Below are positions 1 through 8,563 of a DNA stretch of 28,927 bases, piece after piece. The notes below the pieces were generated by a model. It worked only from the letters and a program-made list of their open reading frames with translations. It had not been told where the DNA came from and did no database searches. The stretch's first letter is position 1, and the number at the start of each line of letters is the position of its first letter. Made by a program: the position numbers and the translations under genes. Origin of the DNA: an uncultured Gammaproteobacteria bacterium (GTDB taxonomy: Bacteria; Patescibacteriota; Patescibacteriia; UBA2591; UBA6264); NCBI GenBank assembly GCA_964507075.1, contig CAZDOL010000003.1, positions 30,246 to 59,172 of the forward strand. The letters run 5' to 3'.

Positions 1-939
1 TTATTTTAACAGAAACTGGACAATAGTAAAAGTGATATAAAAAAATAATAAAATCATTGCTTCTTGCCATGAAATTCTTTTTTGAGAATAAGAAAAAATT
101 CCAAATAATAAATAAGCTACTAATAAAGCTATAATACTGCTTATGAATAAAGCGCTGTTTTCAATTATAATTGGAGAAATAAGCGCTGTGATTCCCAAGA
201 CAGCAGTTGAATTTACAGCCACAGATCCTAATATCCCCCCCAAAATCATATCTTTGTGTTTTCTGTGAGCAGCTCGAATTCCAAAGATTAGTTCAGGCAA
301 AGATGTCCCAATAGCGACCATAAATAAGCCGACTATAAATAATGGAATATTAAGCTTAATAGCTAAATTATTAGCTGCGTTTACTATAATTTGAGCGCTA
401 AGCAAAAGCAATGCAATACTAATAATAAATAAAAAAATATTTTTTGTTAGTTCCTTTTTTTTGGTCTTAACTACAATTTTATTTATATCTTGACCTTGAT
501 GTATGAGAATTAAATTATATAACAGAAAACTAACCAATAAAGCAACGCCGTCCAGACGAGAAAGAATGCCATCTAAACATAAGAGTAAAGAATATATCAT
601 TAAGAGTGCAGTATAAATTATATTGCGATTAATCGTTTTTATTTTTATATCTAACCCCCTAAGCAAGAGAATAGTTATTCCTAATACCAAGGTTATGTTG
701 GCTATATTTGAGCCAATAATATTAGACAAAGAAAGGATGGGTGTTTTATTTAAAGCTGAGGAAATACCCACAAAGAGTTCAGGAAGTGAAGTTGCTATGC
801 CTGCTAAAATAAAAGCAATGACAAATTCAGAGATTTTCATTCGTTGCGATAAATAAATCAAAGATTTGATTACCCAATGAGCAGCCTTGACCAGAACTCC
901 TGAAGCCAAAATAATTATAACAATATAAGAAAGAGTCAT
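1..939 (-). CDS. CaCA-family cation/Ca2+ exchanger membrane protein (YrbG-like)
   Basis: 312-aa polytopic membrane ORF. It has the two alpha-repeat signatures of the family (GIATSLPELFVG in the N half, GTSLPELIFG in the C half). It lies 10 nt downstream of the Ca-ATPase-like gene on the same strand. Confidence 0.85.
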   Translation of the reverse strand: MTLSYIVIIILASGVLVKAAHWVIKSLIYLSQRMKISEFVIAFILAGIATSLPELFVGISSALNKTPILSLSNIIGSNIANITLVLGITILLLRGLDIKIKTINRNIIYTALLMIYSLLLCLDGILSRLDGVALLVSFLLYNLILIHQGQDINKIVVKTKKKELTKNIFLFIISIALLLLSAQIIVNAANNLAIKLNIPLFIVGLFMVAIGTSLPELIFGIRAAHRKHKDMILGGILGSVAVNSTAVLGITALISPIIIENSALFISSIIALLVAYLLFGIFSYSQKRISWQEAMILLFFYITFTIVQFLLK

Positions 940-949
940 ATTAAATTTT

Positions 950-3538
950 TTAAATGTTTTTTAGTTTCATTTTTTTATTAATAAATAAAAGTTTACCTAA
1001 CTCAATAGCTAGAAGATTGAACAAGCCGATGCTAATCAATATCAACCAATCATAGATATTAAGCGGAATTAACTTAAGAATATTTTGGAGAAATGGAAAA
1101 TAAACAGCTAAAGCTATCATCAGAAAGCCAAAGATTACGCTTATGATAAGGAAACTGTTATCAAATATATTGTATCTCCATATTGATTTTTTTAAATTTT
1201 TACAGGAAAAAATATAGAATAAACTATCAACGCCGATGGCTGCGAAAACCATAGTACGGATATGGTTTATTTCCCATCCTGCTTTATAAAAATAAATAAA
1301 TAATCCAAATAAAACCAAGGAAGTAATTGTACATATAACGCCAACAAGGAACTTTATTTCTTTGTTTAAAATCTTATTTTCAGATTTTTTAATTTTTTCT
1401 TGTAGAATATCTTTTTTTTCTTTTTCATAAGACAAAGCCATGGCAGGCAAGGTATCTTCAACAATATTTATCCAGAGGATTTGAGCAGCCAATACTGGCA
1501 AAGGAAAACCAAATAATAACGCTCCACCGATTAGGATAAATTCTGAAAAGCTACCACTTAACAGGAAAAGAATTACCTTTTGAATATTTTTAAAAATATT
1601 TCGTCCAGTTTTTATAGCTTCAACAATAGTTTTAAAATTATCGTCAAGGAGCACAATGTCTGCGGTTTCTTTAGTTACCTCTGTTCCTGAGCCCAAAACA
1701 ATTCCAATGTCAGCTGCCTTAATAGCTGGAGCGTCATTTATCCCATCTCCAGTCATAGCTACTATTTCGCCCTGATCTTGTAGGATTTTAACTATTCTTA
1801 TTTTGTGTTTAGGTTCAACTCGCGCGAAAACGTTTACCTTTTTTATTTTTTCTCTTAATTCTTCATCAGAAATTTTGTCTAAATCTTGTCCTTCTAAAAT
1901 TTCTTCATTATTTTTCAAAAGCCCAATTTCTTGAGCAATCGTTTGAGCTGTCAATTTATGATCTCCTGTCACGATCAAGGGACGGATACCAGCTAATTGG
2001 CAGGCCCGAATAGTTTCTTTGATGCCCGGCCTCAAAGGATCTTTAAGGGCGATTAAGCCTACGAAATTAAGGTTTTCTATTTTTTCTTGATTTAATTTTT
2101 TAACGCTCGTTTCCTTGCTAGCAACAGCAAGAACGCGGAGTCCTTTTTTGGTTAGAATTTCAAATTCTTTTTTAATCTTATTTTTTTCTTTTGAGCCAAG
2201 CTCACAAAGGTTTAATATCTTTTCTGGAGCTCCTTTTACAAAAATGATTTGTTTACTTGATTGCGAATCAAGATGAAGAGTTGCCATATACATGTTTTCT
2301 GAATCAAATGGAATTTCATCAATTCTTGTATAATGGGTCATAACCTTTTCCCTGTTAAGTCCAGATTGTAACGCAGCTTTTAGGAGCGCCGTTTCGGTTG
2401 TATCTCCTTTTATTTTCCATTCCTGTAAAGGATCTTCTGAATTTTCAATAATAGCATCATTGCATAGAATACTAATGTTGAATAACTCTTCTGAGTTTCT
2501 TTTTAAATATGGAATTATTTTATGGACAGTCATTTTACCCTCAGTGAGGGTTCCAGTTTTATCAGTAGCAATAATTGTGATTGACCCTAAAGTTTCAGCA
2601 GCAATTAGTTTTTTGACTAAAGCATTCTTCTTTAAGATTTTTTGCATACCAATGGCAAGACAAATAGTAACAGCAATAACCATTCCTTCGGGAATACCTG
2701 CCACTGCTACCGCTACAGATGTTAAAAGCATTTCAGACAAAGAATATCCCCTTAACATTCCGGTTAAAAATAAAAGAACGCATAATCCTCCTAGAATTAT
2801 GCTAACGTTTTTAGCTAAGGATGTTATTTTTTTCTGGAGCGGAGTTTTAACATTTTTTGTTTCTTTTATTAAATTTGCAATATGTCCTAATTCAGTGTTG
2901 TGACTTGTGGCAATTACTACAGCTTTTCCTTTGCCACGTACAATATCGGTTCCAAAATATACCATATTTTCCCGATCAGCCAAACTTACGCCCTTTTCAA
3001 GAATATCTATTTTTTTGAGAGAGGTAACTGATTCTCCCGTGAGATGAGCTTCGCGAGCTTGTAAATTATAGGTTTCTATAAGACGAGCGTCAGCTGGAAC
3101 AATGTCCCCAGCTTCTAAAATAATGATATCTCCAGGAACGATTTTATTATTTGGTATAACACTTATATTCCCTCCCCTTATTATCTTGGCTGAATAATGG
3201 ACTAATTCCTTTAAACGTAAAAAAGTTTTTTCTGCTTTATTTTCTTGGAAAAATCCAATACTGGCATTTATTAAAAGGGCAACGAAAATTATACCAGCAT
3301 CGGTAAATTCTTTTAAGAGAAAAGATATAATGCTAGCTATTATTAAAACGTAGACCAAAGGAGTTTTGAATTGATCTATAAATATTTCTCCAGCTGAAAA
3401 TCTTTTTTGAGAAGGGAGCTCATTTAATCCATATTTTTTAAGACGTTTTTTTACTTCTATTCCTGAAAGCCCGTTTTCAGAGGTTTTTAATATTTGTTGA
3501 ATTTTTGAACCTGATAAATTGTGCCAAATTGAATTCAT
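950..3538 (-). CDS. P-type cation-transporting ATPase, P2 (Ca2+ pump-like)
   Basis: 862-aa ORF with TGES, the DKTGTLT phosphorylation site, IPEGM in M4 and the MTGDGINDAPA hinge. It has multiple C-terminal TM helices. Confidence 0.9.
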   Translation of the reverse strand: MNSIWHNLSGSKIQQILKTSENGLSGIEVKKRLKKYGLNELPSQKRFSAGEIFIDQFKTPLVYVLIIASIISFLLKEFTDAGIIFVALLINASIGFFQENKAEKTFLRLKELVHYSAKIIRGGNISVIPNNKIVPGDIIILEAGDIVPADARLIETYNLQAREAHLTGESVTSLKKIDILEKGVSLADRENMVYFGTDIVRGKGKAVVIATSHNTELGHIANLIKETKNVKTPLQKKITSLAKNVSIILGGLCVLLFLTGMLRGYSLSEMLLTSVAVAVAGIPEGMVIAVTICLAIGMQKILKKNALVKKLIAAETLGSITIIATDKTGTLTEGKMTVHKIIPYLKRNSEELFNISILCNDAIIENSEDPLQEWKIKGDTTETALLKAALQSGLNREKVMTHYTRIDEIPFDSENMYMATLHLDSQSSKQIIFVKGAPEKILNLCELGSKEKNKIKKEFEILTKKGLRVLAVASKETSVKKLNQEKIENLNFVGLIALKDPLRPGIKETIRACQLAGIRPLIVTGDHKLTAQTIAQEIGLLKNNEEILEGQDLDKISDEELREKIKKVNVFARVEPKHKIRIVKILQDQGEIVAMTGDGINDAPAIKAADIGIVLGSGTEVTKETADIVLLDDNFKTIVEAIKTGRNIFKNIQKVILFLLSGSFSEFILIGGALLFGFPLPVLAAQILWINIVEDTLPAMALSYEKEKKDILQEKIKKSENKILNKEIKFLVGVICTITSLVLFGLFIYFYKAGWEINHIRTMVFAAIGVDSLFYIFSCKNLKKSIWRYNIFDNSFLIISVIFGFLMIALAVYFPFLQNILKLIPLNIYDWLILISIGLFNLLAIELGKLLFINKKMKLKNI

Positions 3539-3583
3539 TTGGATATATTTTATTAATTAATAATTACTTATGGTATAAAAAAA

Positions 3584-3654
3584 TACCCCCTGTAGGAATC
3601 GGACCTACGTCAACTGCTTAAAAGGCAGCTGCTCTACCATTGAGCTAAGGGGGC
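3584..3654 (-). tRNA. tRNA-Lys (anticodon UUU)
   Basis: Hand-folded cloverleaf on the minus strand: acceptor GCCCCCU/AGGGGGU (one G-U pair), D arm GCUC..GAGC, anticodon stem GCUGC/GCAGU with loop CUUUUAA, T arm GUAGG-UCCGAUU-CCUAC. No encoded CCA. Confidence 0.85.
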
Positions 3655-3789
3655 ACCAACTTCGCTTCGATTTACATCGAAGCTCCGATGGGCAAGTAAA
3701 CACCTTAATATTGATACTTGTCCTTTCGAAGCTCAAGTGCAAATTTGAGCGTAGGAGGAAGCTAAGGGGGCTTATAGTTTTAAGAATAT

Positions 3790-4014
3790 TTACCATCCAC
3801 TTCTTTTTTCAAGCAAAAATGTTCCTATTGTTTTGCTTTTGAGCGTAAAATTTCTACCAGCTCTGTCTTCAAATTTAACTTCACCTGACATTTGAACGGC
3901 CTGAAAAAGAGAAAAAGCTTCATCAAAGCTTAAAACATAAGCTAAATGCTCAGCGCCTTTATGAGCGTTATTTTTATAATTTACAATATAGCCATGAATA
4001 TTTTTTTGAGGCAT
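3790..4014 (-). CDS. hypothetical small protein (74 aa)
   Basis: ORF track gives 3790..4050, but that start is a TTG. The first ATG (MPQKNIHGY...) is at 4014. No family recognised. Confidence 0.45.
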   Translation of the reverse strand: MPQKNIHGYIVNYKNNAHKGAEHLAYVLSFDEAFSLFQAVQMSGEVKFEDRAGRNFTLKSKTIGTFLLEKRSGW

Positions 4015-4094
4015 ATATATAATTATGAAGAGATGGTGGCTTCGTATCAAAAGAGATTATCCTTCTATGTTGATAAAATGTGTAAAAAGAGAGC

Positions 4095-4122
4095 TTGAAT
4101 TAAAATAGAATTATTATACAAT
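4095..4122 (+). promoter_or_regulatory. candidate sigma70-type promoter upstream of dnaB
   Basis: TTGAAT (4095-4100), 16-nt spacer, TACAAT (4117-4122), about 50 nt upstream of the dnaB ATG. AT-rich context, so chance matches are easy. Confidence 0.3.
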
Positions 4123-4170
4123 AAGATTATACAAGAAAAAGATTAAAATGTAAATGTAAAAAAATATTTT

Positions 4171-6855
4171 ATGGCTAAGTCTGAAAAAATTATTGAAAAA
4201 CTTCCTCCTCAAAATATTGAAGCCGAACAAGCAGTGCTTGGGTCTTTGTTGATTGACAAAGATGCTATTGTTAGGGTAGCTGATATAATTGTGTCTGAAG
4301 ATTTTTATAAAGATATTCATCAGATAATTTATTCAGCTATGTTAGTGGTTTGGGAGCAAAGGGAACCGATTGATATTTTAAGCATAGCTAATCGTTTAGA
4401 GGAAAAAAAGAAGTTGGATTTGGTTGGTGGACGTAGTTATTTAGCTTCTTTAGCTAACATCGTTCCCACTTCTAGTCATATCACTTCTTATGCTCAAATT
4501 GTACAGAAAAAATCAATTTTAAGGAAAGCAATCAAAGCATCTACGGAAATAGTGAGAATGGCTTATGAAGAAGAAACAGATGCTCTTAAGGTTTTAGATA
4601 AAGCTGAACAAAAATTATTTGATATTTCTCAAAAGTTCGCTAGGCAAAATTTTACTTCTTTAAAAGATACTTTAGCTAATTCTTTTGAGAGATTAGATGA
4701 ATTACAGAAAGGAGATAGATCCATTAGGGGCATTTCAACTGGATTTACAGCTTTAGATAATGTTCTGGCTGGTCTGCAAAAATCAGAATTAATAATTCTA
4801 GCTTCTCGTCCTTCTGTCGGAAAGAGTAGCTTGGCTTTGGATATCGCGCGCAATGCAGCTGTTGCTAATAAAGCGCCAGTTGGTATTTTTAGTTTAGAAA
4901 TGTCTAAAGAACAGGTTAGTGATAGAATGATTTGCGCCGAATCAGGGGTCAATCTTTGGCAATTGCGTACGGGCCGATTTTCCAAAAGTAAAGGAGATGG
5001 CGATTTCAAAAAATTAGGCAAAGCCATTGGACTTTTAGCCGAAGCTCCTGTTTATATTGATGATTCTGCAACCCTTACAATAGCTGAAATAAGAGCAAAG
5101 GCCAGAAGATTGCAATTTGAACATAAGATTGAATTATTGATAGTTGATTATTTACAATTGATGGAAGGAGATAGGGCTAGAGATGGAAGGGTTCAAGAGG
5201 TTTCGGAAATTTCACGTGGATTAAAGGCAGTTGCTCGTGATTTGAATATTCCTGTTTTAGCTCTTTCTCAACTTTCTCGTGCTCCTGAAGCTCGCACTCC
5301 AGCTATTCCTCGTTTGTCTGATTTGCGTGAAAGTGGTTGCTTGACTGGCGACACCCTCATTACTAAAGCTGATACAGGCGAGCGTATTTCTATAAAAGTT
5401 TTAGCTGAAAGAAAAAAACAAATACCGTTTCCTGTCATGGCTGTTGAGGATGATTATAAGGTAAAGCAACATTCTATGGTTAAGGTGTTTTCGTCTGGAA
5501 AGAAAATGGTTTTTGAATTGAAAACACGCAGTGGCAGAAAAATTAAAGCATCAGCTAATCATCCATTTCTGCGCTTAAATGGTTGGACGAAGTTGGGTCA
5601 GTTAAAAACAGGAGATTATCTTGCTCTCCCAAGAAATTTTTCTCCCAAAAAGTCTAAGAATCCTTTAAATAATAAAGAATTGATTTTGTTAGCTCATCTT
5701 TTGGGCGATGGTTGCATTTTGCCGAATCAACTTTTCCATTATACTAGTGCTGACGAAGAAAATATAGAAAGCGTAAGGCAAGCTGCTAAACAAATTTTTA
5801 ATATTAACGGAAGGATAGTTAAGCAAAAGAATTGGTGGCACATTTATTTGACTAGCCCATATCATCTCACTCATGGGAAATATCATCCCATTACTAATTG
5901 GTTCAAGAAGCTTAATATTGAAAGAGTTCATTCGTGGAAAAAGAAAATATCTGATGCTGTTTTTCAATGCGACAACAAGCATATTGCGCTCTTTTTAAAA
6001 CATTTATGGGCAACAGATGGTAATTTAAGCTGGAAACGTATACCCAAAAGAAAACCAGCAGGTGAGATTTATTACGCCAGCAGTAGCGAGATTTTAGTTC
6101 ATCAAGTTCAACATCTTTTATTGCGATTAAATATTCAAAGTTCTTTGAGGGAGATTTCGTCAAAAAAATATAGGACAATGTATCATGTTTATGTTGAGGG
6201 TTCAACCGAACAATTGAAATTTCTTTCCCAAGTAGGTATAGCGGGCAAAAAACGCCATATTATTCCCGACATGGTTATAGCTTTAAAAGAAATCAACCCA
6301 AACCCAAATGTTGATATTATACCAAAGCAAGCATGGAAAATAATTATTGAACCAGCGAAAATTGCTGTGGGCGTTAGCTGGCGTGATGTTTGTCGGGGGA
6401 TAGACACTGCTTATTGTGGGAGCACTCTTTTTAAGAGTGGTTTAAGCAGGAATAGGATGATGAGAGTGTATAATTTTTTAAAAATTCCCATGTTATATAA
6501 TCTTGCTACTTCCGATGTATTTTGGGATAGAATAATCTCTATCAAGAAATTAGGAGTGGAAGAAGTGTATGACGCTACAGTTAAAGGCGCTCATAATTTT
6601 GTCGCTAATGATATTATATTACATAATAGCTTAGAGCAGGATAGTGATGTTGTTATGTTTATTTATCGTAAGTTTATGGATAAAGGTATTAAAAATTGTC
6701 CAGAAGAAGACAAGAATATTGCTGAAATTCATATTTCTAAGCATAGACATGGTCCAGCAGGAATAATGGTGCCCCTATATTTTGATAATGCTACTGCTAG
6801 TTTTAAAAATTTAGATAAGGCGCACACCGAAGGGATAACGGAAGATCCATTTTAA
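4171..6855 (+). CDS. dnaB: replicative DNA helicase DnaB, interrupted by an intein
   Basis: 894-aa ORF with an N-terminal DnaB domain, Walker A SRPSVGKSS and Walker B LLIVDYLQL. The conserved motif is split into LSDLRESG and SLEQDSDVVMFIYR by a 430-aa insertion. Confidence 0.95.
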   Translation: MAKSEKIIEKLPPQNIEAEQAVLGSLLIDKDAIVRVADIIVSEDFYKDIHQIIYSAMLVVWEQREPIDILSIANRLEEKKKLDLVGGRSYLASLANIVPTSSHITSYAQIVQKKSILRKAIKASTEIVRMAYEEETDALKVLDKAEQKLFDISQKFARQNFTSLKDTLANSFERLDELQKGDRSIRGISTGFTALDNVLAGLQKSELIILASRPSVGKSSLALDIARNAAVANKAPVGIFSLEMSKEQVSDRMICAESGVNLWQLRTGRFSKSKGDGDFKKLGKAIGLLAEAPVYIDDSATLTIAEIRAKARRLQFEHKIELLIVDYLQLMEGDRARDGRVQEVSEISRGLKAVARDLNIPVLALSQLSRAPEARTPAIPRLSDLRESGCLTGDTLITKADTGERISIKVLAERKKQIPFPVMAVEDDYKVKQHSMVKVFSSGKKMVFELKTRSGRKIKASANHPFLRLNGWTKLGQLKTGDYLALPRNFSPKKSKNPLNNKELILLAHLLGDGCILPNQLFHYTSADEENIESVRQAAKQIFNINGRIVKQKNWWHIYLTSPYHLTHGKYHPITNWFKKLNIERVHSWKKKISDAVFQCDNKHIALFLKHLWATDGNLSWKRIPKRKPAGEIYYASSSEILVHQVQHLLLRLNIQSSLREISSKKYRTMYHVYVEGSTEQLKFLSQVGIAGKKRHIIPDMVIALKEINPNPNVDIIPKQAWKIIIEPAKIAVGVSWRDVCRGIDTAYCGSTLFKSGLSRNRMMRVYNFLKIPMLYNLATSDVFWDRIISIKKLGVEEVYDATVKGAHNFVANDIILHNSLEQDSDVVMFIYRKFMDKGIKNCPEEDKNIAEIHISKHRHGPAGIMVPLYFDNATASFKNLDKAHTEGITEDPF
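5338..6627 (+). mobile_element. DnaB intein with LAGLIDADG homing-endonuclease domain (aa 390-819 of the ORF)
   Basis: Starts with Cys (CLTGDTLI, block A). Block B is KASANHPF. The two LAGLIDADG-type motifs are LLAHLLGDGCI and FLKHLWATDGNL. It ends HNFVANDIILHN followed by the +1 Ser. Removing it restores the canonical RESG-S(L)EQD DnaB motif. Confidence 0.9.
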
Positions 6856-6882
6856 TTTTTTATAGTTTATATTATTCTTTTT

Positions 6883-7494
6883 ATGTTTTATTCAAGGGAA
6901 ATTCAAAATTTAGTTGAAGTTTTTAGTCATTTTCCTGGAATTGGTCCGAAAGCCGCGCAGCGGTTTGTTTTTTATTTATTAAGCCAATCAGTGAAAGACA
7001 GAATAGAGCTTATTGAACGTCTCAAGGCTTTAGAAAATATTCATTCTTGTTCAATTTGTCATAATTTTTCTAATTACAAGATTTGTCCTATCTGTGAAGA
7101 TTCTCAAAGAGACCACTCAATGGTTTTAATTGTGGCTAGGCCCCAGGATTTGATAGCTATTGAGAGAATGGGGCATTACAAAGGACTTTATCATGTTTTA
7201 GAAAGAGAACTGGAAGTTATTGAGCAAGCTAATTTTGCTAAGATTATAACTGATAATTTATTGACTCGGTTGAAAAAGAATAAAGAAATAAAAGAATTAA
7301 TTTTTGGTTTTGATTTAAACATCAAAGGAGAGGGAATGACTCTCTATATTTCCAATCTAATCAAGCGAGATATAGAATTAAAGAAACGTTTGAAATTAAG
7401 CAAAATGGCAAGAGGTTTGCCGTTGGGAGCAGAAATAGAATATGCAGATGAAATTACCTTGGGTGATGCTTTGAAAAATCGTAACAATATTTAA
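6883..7494 (+). CDS. recR: recombination protein RecR
   Basis: 203 aa with the helix-hairpin-helix FPGIGPKAAQRF, a C4 zinc finger (CSICHN...CPIC) and a Toprim-like C-terminal half. Confidence 0.9.
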   Translation: MFYSREIQNLVEVFSHFPGIGPKAAQRFVFYLLSQSVKDRIELIERLKALENIHSCSICHNFSNYKICPICEDSQRDHSMVLIVARPQDLIAIERMGHYKGLYHVLERELEVIEQANFAKIITDNLLTRLKKNKEIKELIFGFDLNIKGEGMTLYISNLIKRDIELKKRLKLSKMARGLPLGAEIEYADEITLGDALKNRNNI

Positions 7495-7518
7495 AGAGAA
7501 AATTTTTATAAAAAAGAT

Positions 7519-7538
7519 GAGCAGGATTTCTCCTGCTC
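7519..7538 (-). terminator. intrinsic terminator hairpin between convergent recR and ORF 7551..7757
   Basis: GAGCAGGA-tttc-TCCTGCTC, an 8-bp stem. On the minus strand it is followed by a TTTTTT run, so it best fits termination of the minus-strand ORF. It may also stop recR. Confidence 0.55.
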
Positions 7539-7550
7539 AATGTTATGGAA

Positions 7551-7757
7551 TTAGAATTTATTTCTGGCTCCAGGGCAATTTTCCTGGATAATTCTTTTGC
7601 CCTCGTCAGCATCTTTTTGGGAATTGAAATTCCAGGTATGTACGCTGGCGTAAGAGCCATACTTAAAAGATAAATGTTTTAAGTGATTGTTATTGATTTT
7701 TTCTATTTTAACATTATCTTCATCTTTGATCCTAAAGAAAATTCTATATTCGTCCAT
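7551..7757 (-). CDS. hypothetical small protein (68 aa)
   Basis: ATG preceded by an AAGGGGG Shine-Dalgarno-like sequence and followed by the terminator at 7519..7538. No family recognised. Confidence 0.5.
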   Translation of the reverse strand: MDEYRIFFRIKDEDNVKIEKINNNHLKHLSFKYGSYASVHTWNFNSQKDADEGKRIIQENCPGARNKF

Positions 7758-7823
7758 TTTGCCCCCTTGGCTACTTTAATTATTTAAATTATATCAAAAT
7801 ATTTATATTTTGTCAATAAATAT

Positions 7824-8060
7824 ATGTTAGTTAAGATTAAAGCCATTGTTGGCTCTAAAAAAAATAAAATAGTTCCCTTGTCAGAAGATTCTTTTGAAAT
7901 TCATGTTAAGGCTAAACCTATCCAGGGTTTAGCTAACTTAGCTATAATTTCTATATTAGCTCAACATTTTCAGATTCCAGAAGAAAATATTAAGATTATA
8001 AAAGGATTTAAAACAAGAAACAAGATATTTAAAATTAAAAGGGTTGACGTAAGCTCTTAA
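7824..8060 (+). CDS. DUF167 (YggU-like) family protein
   Basis: 78 aa. The pattern IHVKAKPIQGLANLAII..LA..F.I....I.I..G..... matches the YggU/DUF167 family as I remember it. Confidence 0.65.
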   Translation: MLVKIKAIVGSKKNKIVPLSEDSFEIHVKAKPIQGLANLAIISILAQHFQIPEENIKIIKGFKTRNKIFKIKRVDVSS

Positions 8061-8072
8061 ATTTGTCATAAT
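8044..8072 (+). promoter_or_regulatory. candidate promoter for the 8.1-8.4 kb locus
   Basis: TTGACG (8044-8049), 17-nt spacer ending in TG, CATAAT (8067-8072). It overlaps the DUF167 stop codon. Confidence 0.35.
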
Positions 8073-8102
8073 ATATGTAAATAAGTTAGATGGAGGTACG
8101 CA

Positions 8103-8366
8103 ATGGAAAAAATAGAATTTAGATTAGAGGTTCCTTCTGTTACCGCCGTTATCGAGGTTAACGGCAGGGAGTACAACGAAGAGAAAGGTTGTACATCTCT
8201 GGAGATAGTATCTCCAGTTCTTCATATCGTTTTTGACTTGCCTGGCAAGTATAAATCTCAATTTGCTCAAAAGCGTCTTGCCGAGGCTGTTCGTAGGCTT
8301 GACGTAAAAGGACTTTTGTCTTTGGCAAAGACGCGGTTGTGGCCAGTTGTGCAACAATTGCCATGA
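8103..8366 (+). CDS. 87-aa ORF with a strong SD: hypothetical protein, or alternatively the body of a structured RNA (see findings)
   Basis: GGAGG sits 6 nt before the ATG and a terminator follows. However, GC content and codon choice (gag, aag, gac, ggc, acg, cgg) are atypical for this window. The region is open in three frames on both strands and is packed with perfect hairpins. Confidence 0.4.
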   Translation: MEKIEFRLEVPSVTAVIEVNGREYNEEKGCTSLEIVSPVLHIVFDLPGKYKSQFAQKRLAEAVRRLDVKGLLSLAKTRLWPVVQQLP

Positions 8367-8388
8367 GATTTCTCTATTTTTCATTTTG

Positions 8389-8423
8389 ATAAGCCAGTAT
8401 AATGCTGGCTTATTCATTTTTTT
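8389..8423 (+). terminator. rho-independent terminator
   Basis: ATAAGCCAG-tataatg-CTGGCTTAT (9-bp stem) followed by tcaTTTTTTT. Confidence 0.75.
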
Positions 8424-8441
8424 CCAACATTTTTTTATGAT

Positions 8442-8458
8442 GGGACCCCTGGGGTCCC
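8442..8458. repeat. REP-like GC palindrome GGGACCCC-T-GGGGTCCC
   Basis: It shares the GGGAC/GTCCC arms and the flanking ATAGGGAC (on the minus strand) with the palindromes that flank the Y1 transposase at 20859 and 21602. Confidence 0.5.
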
Positions 8459-8510
8459 TATTTATTCGTAAGAGTTTTTTGGCTGGAAATTGAAGGAGAT
8501 ATATGTTAGA

Positions 8511-8560
8511 ATAAGAACCTGCTACGCAGAACCTTGTTATTCATTGCGTTAATAATAAGA
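8511..8560 (+). repeat. AAGAACC dispersed repeat, copy R1
   Basis: ataagaacctgctacgcagaaccttgttattcattgcgttaataataaga aligns with the 54-nt unit at 10800..10961. Shared parts are ATAAGAACC, AGAACCTTGTTA and AATAAGAA. Confidence 0.55.
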
Positions 8561-8563
8561 ATT

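Noticed and set aside
2460-2903. ORFs antisense to, or nested in, strong genes: 623..856, 2460..2903, 4114..4320, 4629..5027, 5689..5982, 5912..6205, 6189..6407, 9718..9939, 14761..15009, 16483..16716, 22151..22654, 24673..24870 and 27417..27680.
   Set aside because: Each lies fully inside a well-supported CDS on the other strand or frame and has an odd composition. They are treated as shadow ORFs.
3605-3796. 63-aa ORF overlapping tRNA-Lys.
   Set aside because: It covers the tRNA and the hairpin-rich leader. There is no coding signal.
4113-4134. Direct repeat ATTATACAA x2 upstream of dnaB, considered as possible DnaA boxes or an origin.
   Set aside because: The match to TTATCCACA is only about 6 of 9. 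The motif is a short AT-rich sequence in AT-rich DNA, and no dnaA/dnaN context is present.
7454-7660. 68-aa ORF overlapping the recR end and the ORF 7551..7757.
   Set aside because: It crosses the terminator hairpin and overlaps two better-supported genes.
8124-8417. Antisense ORFs 8124..8417 and 8158..8364.
   Set aside because: They are open only because the segment is GC-richer. There is no start context, and they run into the plus-strand terminator.
8080-8423. Assignment of the hairpin-dense locus to RNase P RNA, tmRNA, SRP RNA, 6S RNA or a T-box leader for the FemAB gene.
   Set aside because: I found no GGAAAGUCC or ACAGAA (RNase P). I found no tRNA-like end or tag ORF (tmRNA), no SRP domain IV motif, and no UGGUACCGCG T-box sequence. 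A 9-bp AU-rich 5'/3' pairing (8108-8116 with 8373-8381) is too weak to count in AT-rich DNA.
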